DNA of 64,000 nucleotides from Eledone cirrhosa (Eukaryota): NCBI GenBank assembly GCA_964016885.1, contig CAXHJY010001669.1:1-64000 (forward strand), read 5' to 3'. The translations under genes and the position numbers were made by a program. Shown in pieces: positions 37,301-53,027 of the stretch (the first letter of the stretch is position 1; every line of letters starts with the position of its first letter). Below the pieces are notes generated by a model. It was not told the DNA's origin and made no database searches. It saw nothing but the letters and a program-made list of their open reading frames with translations.

Positions 37301-38615
37301 ACTACTACTACTACCTCCACAGCCAGAGTTACCAACACCACCACTACTACTACTACTACCTCCACAGCCAGAGTTACCAACACCACCACCACCACTACTA
37401 CTACTACCTCCACAGCCAGAGTTACCAACACCACCACCACTATTACTACTACCTCCACAGCCAGAGTTACCAACACCACCACTACTACTACTACTACCTC
37501 CACAGCCAGAGTTACCAACACCACCACCACCACTACTACTACTACCTTCACAGCCAGAGTTACCATCACCACCACCACTACTACTACTACCTCCACAGCC
37601 AGAGTTACCAACACCACCACCACCACTACTACTACTACCTCCACAGCCAGAGTTACCAACACCACCAGCACTACTACTACTACCTCCACAGCCAGAGTTA
37701 CCAACACCACCACCACCACCACCACTACTACTACCTCCACAGCCAGAGTTACCAACACCACCACCACTACTACTACCTCCACAGCCAGAGTTACAACACC
37801 ACCACCACCACTACTACTACTACCTCCACAGCCAGAGTTACCAACACCACCACCACCACTACTACTACTACCTCCACAGCCAGAGTTACCAACACCACCA
37901 CTACTACTACTACTACCTCCACAGCCAGAGTTACCAACACCACCACCACCACTACTGCTACTACTACCTCCACAGCCAGAGTTACCAACACCACCACTAC
38001 TACTACTACTACCTCCATAGCCAGAGTTACCAACACCACCACTACTACTACTACCCCCACAGCCAGAGTTACCAACACCACCACTACTACTACTACTACT
38101 ACCTCCACAGCCAGAGTTACCAACACCACCACTACTACTACTACTACCTCCACAGCCAGAGTTACCAACATCACCACCACTACTACTACTACCTCCACAG
38201 CCAGAGTTACCAACACCACCACTACTACTACTACCTCCACAGCCAGAGTTACCAACACCACCACCACTACTACTACCCCCACAGCCAGAGTTACCAACAC
38301 GACCACCACTACTACTACTACCTCCACAGCCAGAGTTACCAACACCACCATCACTACTACTACCTCCACAGCCAGAGTTACCGATACCACCACCACTACT
38401 ACTACCCCCACAGCCAGAGTTACCAACATCACCACCACCACCACTACTACTACCTCCACAGCCAGAGTTACCAACACCACCACCACCACCACCACTACTA
38501 CTACTACTACCTCCACAGCCAGAGTTACCAACACCAACACCACCACCACTACCTCCACAGCCAGAGTTACCAACACCACCACCACTACTACTACCCCCAC
38601 AGCCAGAGTTACCAA

Positions 38616-38666
<51 letters not shown>

Positions 38667-41600
38667 CTCCACAGCCAGAGTTACCAACACCACCACAACT
38701 ACTACTACTACCTCCACAGCCAGAGTTACCAACACCACCACCACCACTACTACTACTACTACCCCCACAGCCAGAGTTACTAACACCACCACTACTACTA
38801 CTACCCCCACAGCCAGAGTTACCACCACCACCACCATTACTACTACTACTACCTCCACAGCCAGAGTTACCACCACCACCACCACTACTACTACTACCCC
38901 CACAGCCAGAGTTACCAACACCACCACCACTACTACTACTACTACCTCCACAGCCAGAGTTACCAACACCACCAACACTACTACTACTACCTCCACAGCC
39001 AGAGTTACCAACACCACCACCATTACTACTACTACTACCTCCACAGCCAGAGTTACCACCACCACCACCACTACTACTACTACCCCCACAGCCAGAGTTA
39101 CCAACACCACCACCATTACTACTACTACTACCTCCACAGCCAGAGTTACCACCACCACCAACACTACTACTACTACCTCCACAGCCAGAGTTACCAACAC
39201 CACCAACACTACTACTACTACCCCCACAGCCAGAGTTACCAACATCACCACTACTACTACTACTACTACCTCCACAGCCAGAGTTACCACCACCACCACC
39301 AACACTACTACTACTACCTCCACAGCCAGAGTTACCAACACCACCAACACTACTACTACCTCCACAGCCAGAGTTACCAACACCACCAACACTACTACTA
39401 CTACCTCCACAGCCAGAGTTACCAACACCACCAACACTACTACTACCTCCACAGCCAGAGTTACCAACACCACCAACACTACTACTACTACCTCCACAGC
39501 CAGAGTTACCAACACCACCAACACTACTACTACTACCCCCACAGCCAGAGTTACCAACATCACCACCAACACTACTACTACTACCTCCACAGCCAGAGTT
39601 ACCAACACCACCAACACTACTACTACTACCTCCACAGCCAGAGTTACCAACACCACCACCACTACTACTACTACCTCCACAGCCAGAGTTACCAACACCA
39701 CCAACACTACTACTACCTCCACAGCCAGAGTTACCAACACCACCACCACTACTACTACTACCCCCACAGCCAGAGTTACCAACACCACCACTACTACTAC
39801 TACTACCCCCACAGCCAGAGTTACTAACACCACCACTACTACTACTACCCCCACAGCCAGAGTTACCAACATCACCACTACTACTACTACCCCCACAGCC
39901 AGAGTTACCAACACCACCACTACTACTACTACTACTACCTCCACAGCCAGAGTTACCAACACCACCACTACTACTACTACTACTACTACCCCCACAGCCA
40001 GAGTTACCAACACCACCACCACCACCACCACTACTACTACTACTACCTCCACAGCCAGAGTTACCAACACCACCACTACTACTACTACTACTACTACCTC
40101 CACAGCCAGAGTTACCAACACCACCACTACTACTACTACTACTACCCCCACAGCCAGAGTTACCAACACCACCACTACTACTACTACTACCCCCACAGCC
40201 AGAGTTACCACCACCACCACTACTACTACCTCCACAGCCAGAGTTACCAACACCACCACCACCACTACTACTACCTCCACAGCCAGAGTTACCAACACCA
40301 CCACTACTACTACTACTACCTCCACAGCCAGAGTTACCAACACCCCCACTACTACTACTACTACCTCCACAGCCAGAGTTACCAACACCACCACCACCAC
40401 TACTACTACCTCCACAGCCAGAGTTACCAACACCACCACCACTACTACTACTACCTCCACAGCCAGAGTTACCAACACCACCACCACTACTACTACTACT
40501 ACCTCCATAGCCAGAGTTACCAACACCACCACCACCACTACTACTACTACCCCCACAGCCAGAGTTACCAACACCACCACTACTACTAGTACCCCCACAG
40601 CCAGAGTTACCAACACCACCACCACCAGTACTACTACCCCCACAGCCAGAGTTACCAACACCATCACTACTACTACCCCCACAGCCAGAGTTACCAACAC
40701 CACCACCACTACCTCCACAGCCAGAGTTACCAACACCACCACCACTACTACTACTACTACCTCCACAGCCAGAGTTACCAACACCACCACCACTACTACT
40801 ACTACTACCTCCACAGCCAGAGTTACCAACACCACCACTACTAATACTACTACTACCTCCACAGCCAGAGTTACCAACACCACCACCACTACTACTACTA
40901 CCCCCACAGCCAGAGTTACCAACACCACCACTACTAGTAATACTACCCCCACAGCCAGAGTTACCAACACCACCACTACTTCTACTACTACCCCCACAGC
41001 CAGAGTTACCAACACCACCACCACTACTACTACCTCCACAGCCAGAGTTACCAACACCACCGCCACTACTACTACCCCCACAGCCAGAGTTACCAACACC
41101 ACCACCACTACTACTATCCCCACAGCCAGAGTTACCAACACCACCACCACTACTACTACCTCCACAGCCAGAGTTACCAACACCACCACCACTACTTCTA
41201 CTACCTCCACAGCCAGAGTTACCAACACCACCACCACCACCACTACTACTACTACCTCCACAGCCAGAGTTACCACCACCACCACCACCAATACTACTAC
41301 TACCTCCACAGCCAGAGTTACCAACACCACCACCACTACTACTACCTCCACAGCCAGAGTTACCAACACCACCACCACCACCACTACTACTACTACCTCC
41401 ACAGCCAGAGTTACCAACACCACCACCACCACTACTACTACTACCTCCACAGCCAGAGTTACCAACACCACCACCACCACTACTACTACTACCTCCACAG
41501 CCAGAGTTACCAGCACCACCACTACTACTACTACTACCTCCACAGCCAGAGTTACCAACACCACCACCACCACTACTACTACTACCTCCACAGCCAGAGT

Positions 41601-42880
41601 TACCAACACCACCACCACTACTACTACTACCTCCACAGCCAGAGTTACCAACACCACCACTACTACTACTACTACCCCCACAGCCAGAGTTACCAACACC
41701 ACCACTACTACTACCCCCACAGCCAGAGTTACCAACACCACCACCACTACTACTACTACCCCCACAGCCAGAGTTACCAACACCACCACCACTATTGCTA
41801 CTACTACCTCCACAGCCAGAGTTACCAACACCACCACCACTACTACTACTACCTCCACAGCCAGAGTTACCAACACCACCACCACTACTACTACTACCCC
41901 CACAGCCAGAGTTACCAACACCACCACCACTACTACTACTACCCCCACAGCCAGAGTTACCAACACCACCACCACTACTACTACTACCCCCACAGCCAGA
42001 GTTACCAACACCACCACCACTACTACTACTACTACCTCCACAGCCAGAGTTACCAACACCACCACCACTACTACTACTACCTCCACAGCCAGAGTTACCA
42101 ACACCACCACTACTACTACTACTACCTCCACAGCCAGAGTTACCACCACCACCACCAACACTACTACTACTACCTCCACAGCCAGAGTTACCAACACCAC
42201 CAACACTACTACTACTACCTCCACAGCCAGAGTTACCAACACCACCAACACTACTACTACTACCTCCACAGCCAGAGTTACCAACACCACCAACACTACT
42301 ACTACTACCTCCACAGCCAGAGTTACCAACACCACCACCACTACTACTACTATCTCCACAGCCAGAGTTACCAACACCACCACCACTACTACTACTACCT
42401 CCACAGCCAGAGTTACCAACACCACCACCACCACTACTACTACCTCCACAGCCAGAGTTACCAACACCACCAACACGACTACTACTACCTCGACAGCCAG
42501 AGTTACCAACACCACCACCACTATTACTACTACCTCCATAGCCAGAGTTACCAACACCACCACCACTACTACTACTACCTCCACAGCCAGAGTTACCAGC
42601 ACCACCACCACTACTACTACCTCCACAGCCAGAGTTACCAACACCACCACCACTACTACTACTACCTCCACAGCCAGAGTTACCAACACCACCACCACCA
42701 CTACTACTACTACCCCCACAGCCAGAGTTACCAACACCACCACCACTACTACTACCCCCACAGCCAGAGTTACCAACACCACCACCACCACTACTACTAC
42801 CCCCACAGCCAAAGTTATCAGCACCACCACTACTACTACTACCTCCACAGCCAGAGTTACCAACACCACCACCACTACTA
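28870..42880. repeat. Higher-order duplication, ~6.7-kb block at offset 7,339 bp (~28870-35540 and ~36209-42880)
   Basis: Rare variant units recur at exactly +7339: ACAACTTGAG 29755/37094 and AAAGTTATCAGC 35472/42811. ORF-track pairs 29316/36655, 29760/37099 and 34456/41795 agree. Confidence 0.93.
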
Positions 42881-45405
42881 CTACTACTACCTCCACAGCC
42901 AGAGTTACCAACACCACCACCACCACTACTACTACCTCCACAGCCAGAGTTACCAACACCACCACCACTACTACTACTACTACCTCCACAGCCAGAGTTA
43001 CCAACACCACCACCACCACTACTACTACCTCCACAGCCAGAGTTACCAACACCACCACTACTACTACTACTACCTCCACAGCCAGAGTTACCAATACCAC
43101 CACCACCACTACTACTACCTCCACAGCCAGAGTTACCAACACCACCACTACTACTACTACTACCTCCACAGCCAGAGTTACCAACACCACCACCACCACT
43201 ACTACTACCTCCACAGCCAGAGTTACCAACACCACCACTACTACTACTACTACCTCCACAGCCAGAGTTACCAACACCACCACCACCACTACTACTACCT
43301 CCACAGCCAGAGTTACCAACACCACCACCACTACTACTACTACCTCCACAGCCAGAGTTACCAATACCACCACCACCACCACTACTACTACCTCCACAGC
43401 CAGAGTTACCAACACCACCACCACTACTACTACTACTACCTCCACAGCCAGAGTTACCAACACCACCACCACCACTACTACTACCTCCACAGCCAGAGTT
43501 ACCAGCACCACCACCACCACTACTACTACCTCCACAGCCAGAGTTACCAACACCACCACTACTACTACTACTACCTCCACAGCCAGAGTTACCAACACCA
43601 CCACCACCACTACTACTACCTCCACAGCCAGAGTTACCAATACCACCACCACCACTACTACTACCTCCACAGCCAGAGTTACCAACACCACCACCACTAC
43701 TACTACTACTACTACCTCCACAGCCAGAGTTACCAACACCACCACTACTACTACTACTACCTCCACAGCCAGAGTTACCAACACCACCACTACTACTACT
43801 ACTACTACCTCCACAGCCAGAGTTACCACCACCACCACCACCACTACTACTACTACTACTACCTCCACAGCCAGAGTTACCAACACCACCACCACTACTA
43901 CTACCTCCACAGCCAGAGTTACCAACACCACCACCACCACTACTACTACTACCTCCACAGCCAGAGTTACCAACACCACCACCACTACTACTACTACTAC
44001 TACCCCCACAGCCAGAGTTACCAACACCACCACCACCACTACTACTACCTCCACAGCCAGAGTTACCAACACCACCACCACCACTACTACTACTACCTCC
44101 ACAGCCAGAGTTACCAACACCACCACCACTTCTACTACTACTACTACCCCCACAGCCAGAGTTACCAACACCACCACCACCACTACTACTACCTCCACAG
44201 CCAGAGTTACCAACACCACCACCACCACTACTACTACTACCTCCACAGCCAGAGTTACCAACACCACCACCACCACTACTACTACTACCTCCACAGCCAG
44301 AGTTACCAACACCACCACCACTACTACTACTACTACTACCCCCACAGCCAGAGTTACCAACACCACCACCACCACTACTACTACCTCCACAGCCAGAGTT
44401 ACCAACACCACCACCACCACTACTACTACTACCTCCACAGCCAGAGTTACCAACACCACCACCACTACTACTACTACTACCTCCACAGCCAGAGTTACCA
44501 ACACCACCACCACTACTACTACTACTACCTCCACAGCCAGAGTTACCAACACCACCACCACCACTACTACTACCTCCACAGCCAGAGTTACCAACACCAC
44601 CACCACTACTACTACTACTACCTCCACAGCCAGAGTTACCAACACCACCACCACCACTACTACTACCTCCACAGCCAGAGTTACCAACACCACCACTACT
44701 ACTACTACTACCTCCACAGCCAGAGTTACCAATACCACCACCACCACTACTACTACCTCCACAGCCAGAGTTACCAACACCACCACTACTACTACTACTA
44801 CCTCCACAGCCAGAGTTACCAACACCACCACCACCACTACTACTACCTCCACAGCCAGAGTTACCAGCACCACCACTACTACTACTACCTCCACAGCCAG
44901 AGTTACCAACACCACCACTACTGCTACTACTACCTCCACATCCAGAGTTACCAACACCACCACTACTACTACTACTACCTCCACAGCCAGAGTTACCAAC
45001 ATCACCACCACTACTACTACTATCCCCACAGCCAGAGTTACCAACACCACCACCACTACTACTACTACTACCTCCACAGCCAGAGTTACCAACACCACCA
45101 CCACCACTACTACTACCTCCACAGCCAGAGTTACCAACACCACCACCACCACTACTACTACCCCCACAGCCAGAGTTACCAACACCACCGCCACCACTAC
45201 TACTACTACACCCACAGCCAGAGTTACCAACACCACCACCACTACTACTACCTCCACAGCCAGAGTTACTAACACCACCACCACTACTACTACTACCTCT
45301 ACAGCCAGAGTTACCAACACCACCACTACTACTACTACTACTACCCCCACAGCCAGAGTTACCACCACCACTACTACTACTATCTCCACAGCCAGAGTTA
45401 CCAAC

Positions 45406-45437
<32 letters not shown>

Positions 45438-48342
45438 CTCCACAGCCAGAGTGACCAACACCACCACTACTACTACTACTACCCCCACAGCCAGAGTTAC
45501 CAACACCACCACCACTACTACTACTACTACCTCCACAGCCAGAGTTACCAACACCACCACTACTACTACTACCTCCACAGCCAGAGTTACCAACACCACC
45601 ACCACCACTACTACTACCCCCACAGCCAGAGTTACCAGCACCACCTCTACTACTACTACTACTACCTCCACAGCCAGAGTTACCAGCACCACCACCACCA
45701 CTACTACTACCTCCACAGCCAGAGTTACCAATACCACCACCACTACTACTACTACTACCTCCACAGCCAGAGTTACCAACACCACCACCACTACTACTAC
45801 TACTACCTCCACAGCCAGAGTTACCAACACCACCACCACTACTACTACTACTACCTCCACAGCCAGAGTTACCAACACCACCACTACTACTACTACCTCC
45901 ACAGCCAGAGTTACCAATACCACCACCACTACTACTACCCCCACAGCCAGAGTTACCAACACCACCACCACTACTACTACTACCCCCACAGCCAGAGTTA
46001 CCAACACCACCACCACCACCACCACTACAACTACCTCCACAGCCAGAGTTACCAATACCACCACCACTACTAATACCTCCACAGCCAGAGTTACCAATAC
46101 CACCACCACTACTACTACCTCCACAGCCAGAGTTACCAACACCACCACCACCACTACTACTGCTACCTCCACAGCCAGAGTTACCAACACCACCACCACT
46201 ACTACTACTACTACCTCCACAGCCAGAGTTACCAACACCACCACTACTACTACCCCCACAGCCAGAGTTACCAACACCACCACCACCACTACTGCTACTA
46301 CTACCTCCACAGCCAGAGTTACCAACACCACCACCACCACCACCACTACTGCTACCTCCACAGCCAGAGTTACCAACACCACCACCACTACTACTACTAC
46401 TACTACCTCCACAGCCAGAGTTACCAACACCACCACCACCACTACTACTGCTACCTCCACAGCCAGAGTTACCAACACCACCACCACTACTACTACTACT
46501 ACCTCCACAGCCAGAGTTACCAACACCACCACTACTACTACCCCCACAGCCAGAGTTACCAACACCACCACCACCACTACTGCTACTACTACCTCCACAG
46601 CCAGAGTTACCAACACCACCACCACCACCACCACTACTGCTACCTCCACAGCCAGAGTTACCAACACCACCACCACTACTACTACTACTACTACCTCCAC
46701 AGCCAGAGTTACCAACACCACCACCACCACTACTACTGCTACCTCCACAGCCAGAGTTACCAACACCACCACCACCACTACTACTGCTACCTCCACAGCC
46801 AGAGTTACCAACACCACCACCACTACTACTACTACTACCTCCACAGCCAGAGTTACCAACACCACCACCACCACTACTACTACCCCCACAGCCAGAGTTA
46901 CCAACACCACCACCACCACTACTGCTACTACTACCTCCACAGCCAGAGTTACCAACACCACCACCACCACCACCACCACTACTGCTACCTCCACAGCCAG
47001 AGTTACCAACACCACCACCACTACTACTACTACTACTACCCCCACAGCCAGAGTTACCAACACCACCACCACCACTACTACTACCTCCACAGCCAGAGTT
47101 ACCAACACCACCACCACCACTACTACCTCCACAGCCAGAGTTACCAACACCACCACCACTACTACTACTACCTCCACAGCCAGAGTTACCAACACCACCA
47201 CCACCACTACTACTACCTCCACAGCCAGAGTTACCAACACCACCACCACTACTACTACTACTACCTCCACAGCCAGAGTTACCAACAGCACCACCACCAC
47301 TACTACTACCTCCACAGCCAGAGTTACCAACACCACCACCACTACTACTACTACAACCTCCACAGCCAGAGTTACCAACACCACCACCACCACTACTACT
47401 ACCTCCACAGCCAGAGTTACCAACACCACCACTACTACTACTACTACCTCCACAGCCAGAGTTACCAATACCACCACCACCACTACTACTACCTCCACAG
47501 CCAGAGTTACCAACACCACCACTACTACTACTACTACCTCCACAGCCAGAGTTACCAACACCACCACCACCACTACTACTACCTCCACAGCCAGAGTTAC
47601 CAACACCACCACTACTACTACTACTACCTCCACAGCCAGAGTTACCAACACCACCACCACCACTACTACTACCTCCACAGCCAGAGTTACCAACACCACC
47701 ACCACTACTACTACTACCTCCACAGCCAGAGTTACCAATACCACCACCACCACTACTACTACCTCCACAGCCAGAGTTACCAACACCACCACCACTACTA
47801 CTACTACTACCTCCACAGCCAGAGTTACCAACACCACCACCACCACTACTACTACCTCCACAGCCAGAGTTACCAGCACCACCACCACCACTACTACTAC
47901 CTCCACAGCCAGAGTTACCAACACCACCACTACTACTACTACTACCTCCACAGCCAGAGTTACCAATACCACCACCACCACTACTACTACCTCCACAGCC
48001 AGAGTTACCAACACCACCACTACTACTACTACTACCTCCACAGCCAGAGTTACCAACACCACCACCACCACTACTACTACCTCCACAGCCAGAGTTACCA
48101 ACACCACCACCGCTACTACTACTACCTCCACAGCCAGAGTTACCAATACCACCACCACCACTACTACTACCTCCACAGCCAGAGTTACCAACACCACCAC
48201 CACTACTACTACTACTACTACCTCCACAGCCAGAGTTACCAACACCACCACTACTACTACTACTACCTCCACAGCCAGAGTTACCAACACCACCACTACT
48301 ACTACTACTACTACTACCTCCACAGCCAGAGTTACCACCACC

Positions 48343-48374
<32 letters not shown>

Positions 48375-51230
48375 CTCCACAGCCAGAGTTACCAACACCA
48401 CCACCACTACTACTACCTCCACAGCCAGAGTTACCAACACCACCACCACCACTACTACTACTACCTCCACAGCCAGAGTTACCAACACCACCACCACTAC
48501 TACTACTACTACTACCCCCACAGCCAGAGTTACCAACACCACCACCACCACTACTCCTACCTCCACAGCCAGAGTTACCAACACCACCACCACCACTACT
48601 ACTACTACCTCCACAGCCAGAGTTACCAACACCACCACCACTTCTACTACTACCCCCACAGCCAGAGTTACCAACACCACCACCACCACTACTACTACCT
48701 CCACAGCCAGAGTTACCAACACCACCACCACTACTACTACTACTACCTCCACAGCCAGAGTTACCAACACCACCACCACCACTACTACTACCTCCACAGC
48801 CAGAGTTACCAACACCACCACTACTACTACTACTACCTCCACAGCCAGAGTTACCAATACCACCACCACCACTACTACTACCTCCACAGCCAGAGTTACC
48901 AACACCACCACTACTACTACTACTACCTCCACAGCCAGAGTTACCAACACCACCACCACCACTACTACTACCTCCACAGCCAGAGTTACCAGCACCACCA
49001 CTACTACTACTACCTCCACAGCCAGAGTTACCAACACCACCACTACTGCTACTACTACCTCCACATCCAGAGTTACCAACACCACCACTACTACTACTAC
49101 TACCTCCACAGCCAGAGTTACCAACATCACCACCACCACTACTACTACTATCCCCACAGCCAGAGTTACCAACACCACCACCACTACTACTACTACTACC
49201 TCCACAGCCAGAGTTACCAACACCACCACCACCACTACTACTACCTCCACAGCCAGAGTTACCAACACCACCACCACCACTACTACTACCCCCACAGCCA
49301 GAGTTACCAACACCACCGCCACCACTACTACTACTACCCCCACAGCCAGAGTTACCAACACCACCACCACTACTACTACCTCCACAGCCAGAGTTACTAA
49401 CACCACCACCACTACTACTACTACCTCTACAGCCAGAGTTACCAACACCACCACTACTACTACTACTACTACCCCCACAGCCAGAGTTACCACCACCACT
49501 ACTACTACTATCTCCACAGCCAGAGTTACCAACACCACCACCACTACTACTACTACTACTACCTCCACAGCCAGAGTGACCAACACCACCACTACTACTA
49601 CTACTACCCCCACAGCCAGAGTTACCAACACCACCACCACTACTACTACTACTACCTCCACAGCCAGAGTTACCAACACCACCACTACTACTACTACCTC
49701 CACAGCCAGAGTTACCAACACCACCACCACCACTACTACTACCCCCACAGCCAGAGTTACCAGCACCACCACTACTACTACTACTACTACCTCCACAGCC
49801 AGAGTTACCAGCACCACCACCACCACTACTACTACCTCCACAGCCAGAGTTACCAATACCACCACCACTACTACTACTACTACCTCCACAGCCAGAGTTA
49901 CCAACACCACCACCATTACTACTACTACTACCTCCACAGCCAGAGTTACCAACACCACCACCACTACTACTACTACTACCTCCACAGCCAGAGTTACCAA
50001 CACCACCACTACTACTACTACCTCCACAGCCAGAGTTACCAATACCACCACCACTACTACTACCCCCACAGCCAGAGTTACCAACACCACCACCACTACT
50101 ACTACTACCCCCACAGCCAGAGTTACCAACACCACCACCACCACCACCACTACAACTACCTCCACAGCCAGAGTTACCAATACCACCACCACTACTACTA
50201 CCTCCACAGCCAGAGTTACCAATACCACCACCACTACTACTACCTCCACAGCCAGAGTTACCAACACCACCACCACCACTACTACTGCTACCTCCACAGC
50301 CAGAGTTACCAACACCACCACCACTACTACTACTACTACCTCCACAGCCAGAGTTACCAACACCACCACTACTACTACCCCCACAGCCAGAGTTACCAAC
50401 ACCACCACCACCACTACTGCTACTACTACCTCCACAGCCAGAGTTACCAACACCACCACCACCACCACCACTACTGCTACCTCCACAGCCAGAGTTACCA
50501 ACACCACCACCACTACTACTACTACTACTACCTCCACAGCCAGAGTTACCAACACCACCACCACCACTACTACTGCTACCTCCACAGCCAGAGTTACCAA
50601 CACCACCACCACTACTACTACTACTACCTCCACAGCCAGAGTTACCAACACCACCACTACTACTACCCCCACAGCCAGAGTTACCAACACCACCACCACC
50701 ACTACTGCTACTACTACCTCCACAGCCAGAGTTACCAACACCACCACCACCACCACCACTACTGCTACCTCCACAGCCAGAGTTACCAACACCACCACCA
50801 CTACTACTACTACTACTACCTACACAGCCAGAGTTACCAACACCACCACCACCACTACTACTGCTACCTCCACAGCCAGAGTTACCAACACCACCACCAC
50901 CACTACTACTGCTACCTCCACAGCCAGAGTTACCAACACCACCACCACTACTACTACTACTACCTCCACAGCCAGAGTTACCAACACCACCACTACTACT
51001 ACCCCCACAGCCAGAGTTACCAACACCACCACCACCACTACTGCTACTACTACCTCCACAGCCAGAGTTACCAACACCACCACCACCACCACCACCACTA
51101 CTGCTACCTCCACAGCCAGAGTTACCAACACCACCACCACTACTACTACTACTACTACCCCCACAGCCAGAGTTACCAACACCACCACCACCACTACTAC
51201 TACCTCCACAGCCAGAGTTACCAACACCAC
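42880..51230. repeat. Tandem ~4.1-4.4-kb higher-order duplication in a homogeneous TCC-type subdomain
   Basis: ACATCCAGA ~44938/~49063 and GTGACC 45451/49576 (offset 4,125). Both halves end in clusters of ACTGCTACC units. Confidence 0.85.
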
Positions 51231-51469
51231 CACCACCACTACTACTACTACCTCCACAGCCAGAGTTACCAACACCACCACCACTACTACTACTACCTCC
51301 ACAGCCAGAGTTACCAACACCACCACCACCACTACTACTACCTCCACAGCCAGAGTTACCAACACCACCACCACTACTACTACTACTACCTCCACAGCCA
51401 GAGTTACCAACACCACCACCACCACTACTACTACCTCCACAGCCAGAGTTACCAACACCACCACCACTA

Positions 51470-52839
51470 CTACTACTACTACCTCCACAGCCAGAGTTAC
51501 CAACACCACCATCACTACTACTACCTCCACAGCCAGAGTTACCAACACCACCACTACTACTACTACCTCCACAGCCAGAGTTACCAACACCACCACCACT
51601 ACTACTACCCCCACAGCCAGAGTTACCAACACCACCACCACTACTACTACTACCTCCACAGCCAGAGTTACCAACACCACCATCACTACTACTACCTCCA
51701 CAGCCAGAGTTACCGATACCACCACCACTACTACTACCCCCACAGCCAGAGTTACCAACATCACCACTACTACTACTACCTCCACAGCCAGAGTTACCAA
51801 CACCACCACCACCACTACTACTACTACTACCCCCACAGCCAGAGTTACCAACACCAACACCACCACCACTACCTCCACAGCCAGAGTTACCAACACCACC
51901 ACTACTACTATTACCCCCACAGCCAGAGTTACCAACACCACCACCACTACTACTACCCCCACAGCCAGAGTTACCAACACCACCACTACTACTACTACTA
52001 CTACTACCTCCACAGCCAGAGTTACCAACACCACCACCACTACTACTACTACCTCCACAGCCAGAGTTACCAACACCACCACCACCACTACTACTACTAC
52101 TACCCCCACAGCCAGAGTTACTAACACCACCACTACTACTACTACCCCCACAGCCAGAGTTACCAACACCACCACTACTACTACTACTACTAGCCCCGCA
52201 GCCAGAGTTACCAACACCACCACTACTACTACTACTACCTCCAGGGCCAGAGTTACCAACACCACCACCACCACTACTACTACCTCCACAGCCAGAGTTA
52301 CCAACATCACCACTACTGCTACTACTACTACCTCCACAGCCAGAGTTACCAACACCACCAACACTACTACTACTACCTCCACAGCCAGAGTTACCAACAC
52401 CACCAACACTACTACTACTACCTCCACAGCCAGAGTTACCAACACCACCACCACTACTACTACTACCTCCACAGCCAGAGTTACCAACACCACCACCACT
52501 ACTATTACTACCCCTACAGCCAGAGTTACCAACATCACCACTACTACTACTACCCCCACAGCCAGAGTTACCAACACCACCACCACTACTAATACTACCC
52601 CCACAGCCAGAGTTACCAACACCACCACCACTACTACTACCTCCACAGCCAGAGTTACCAACACCACCACCACTACTACTACTACCCCCACAGCCAGAGT
52701 TACCAACACCACCACTACTACTACTACCCCCACAGCCAGAGTTACCAACATCACCACTACTACTACTACCCCCACAGCCAGAGTTACCAACACCACCACT
52801 ACTACTACTACTACTACCTCCACAGCCAGAGTTACCAAC

Positions 52840-52874
<35 letters not shown>

Positions 52875-52992
52875 CCCCACAGCCAGAGTTACCAACACCA
52901 CCACCACCACCACTACTACTACTACTACCTCCACAGCCAGAGATACCAACACCACCACTACTACTACTACTACCTCCACAGCCAGAGTTACC

Positions 52993-53027
<35 letters not shown>
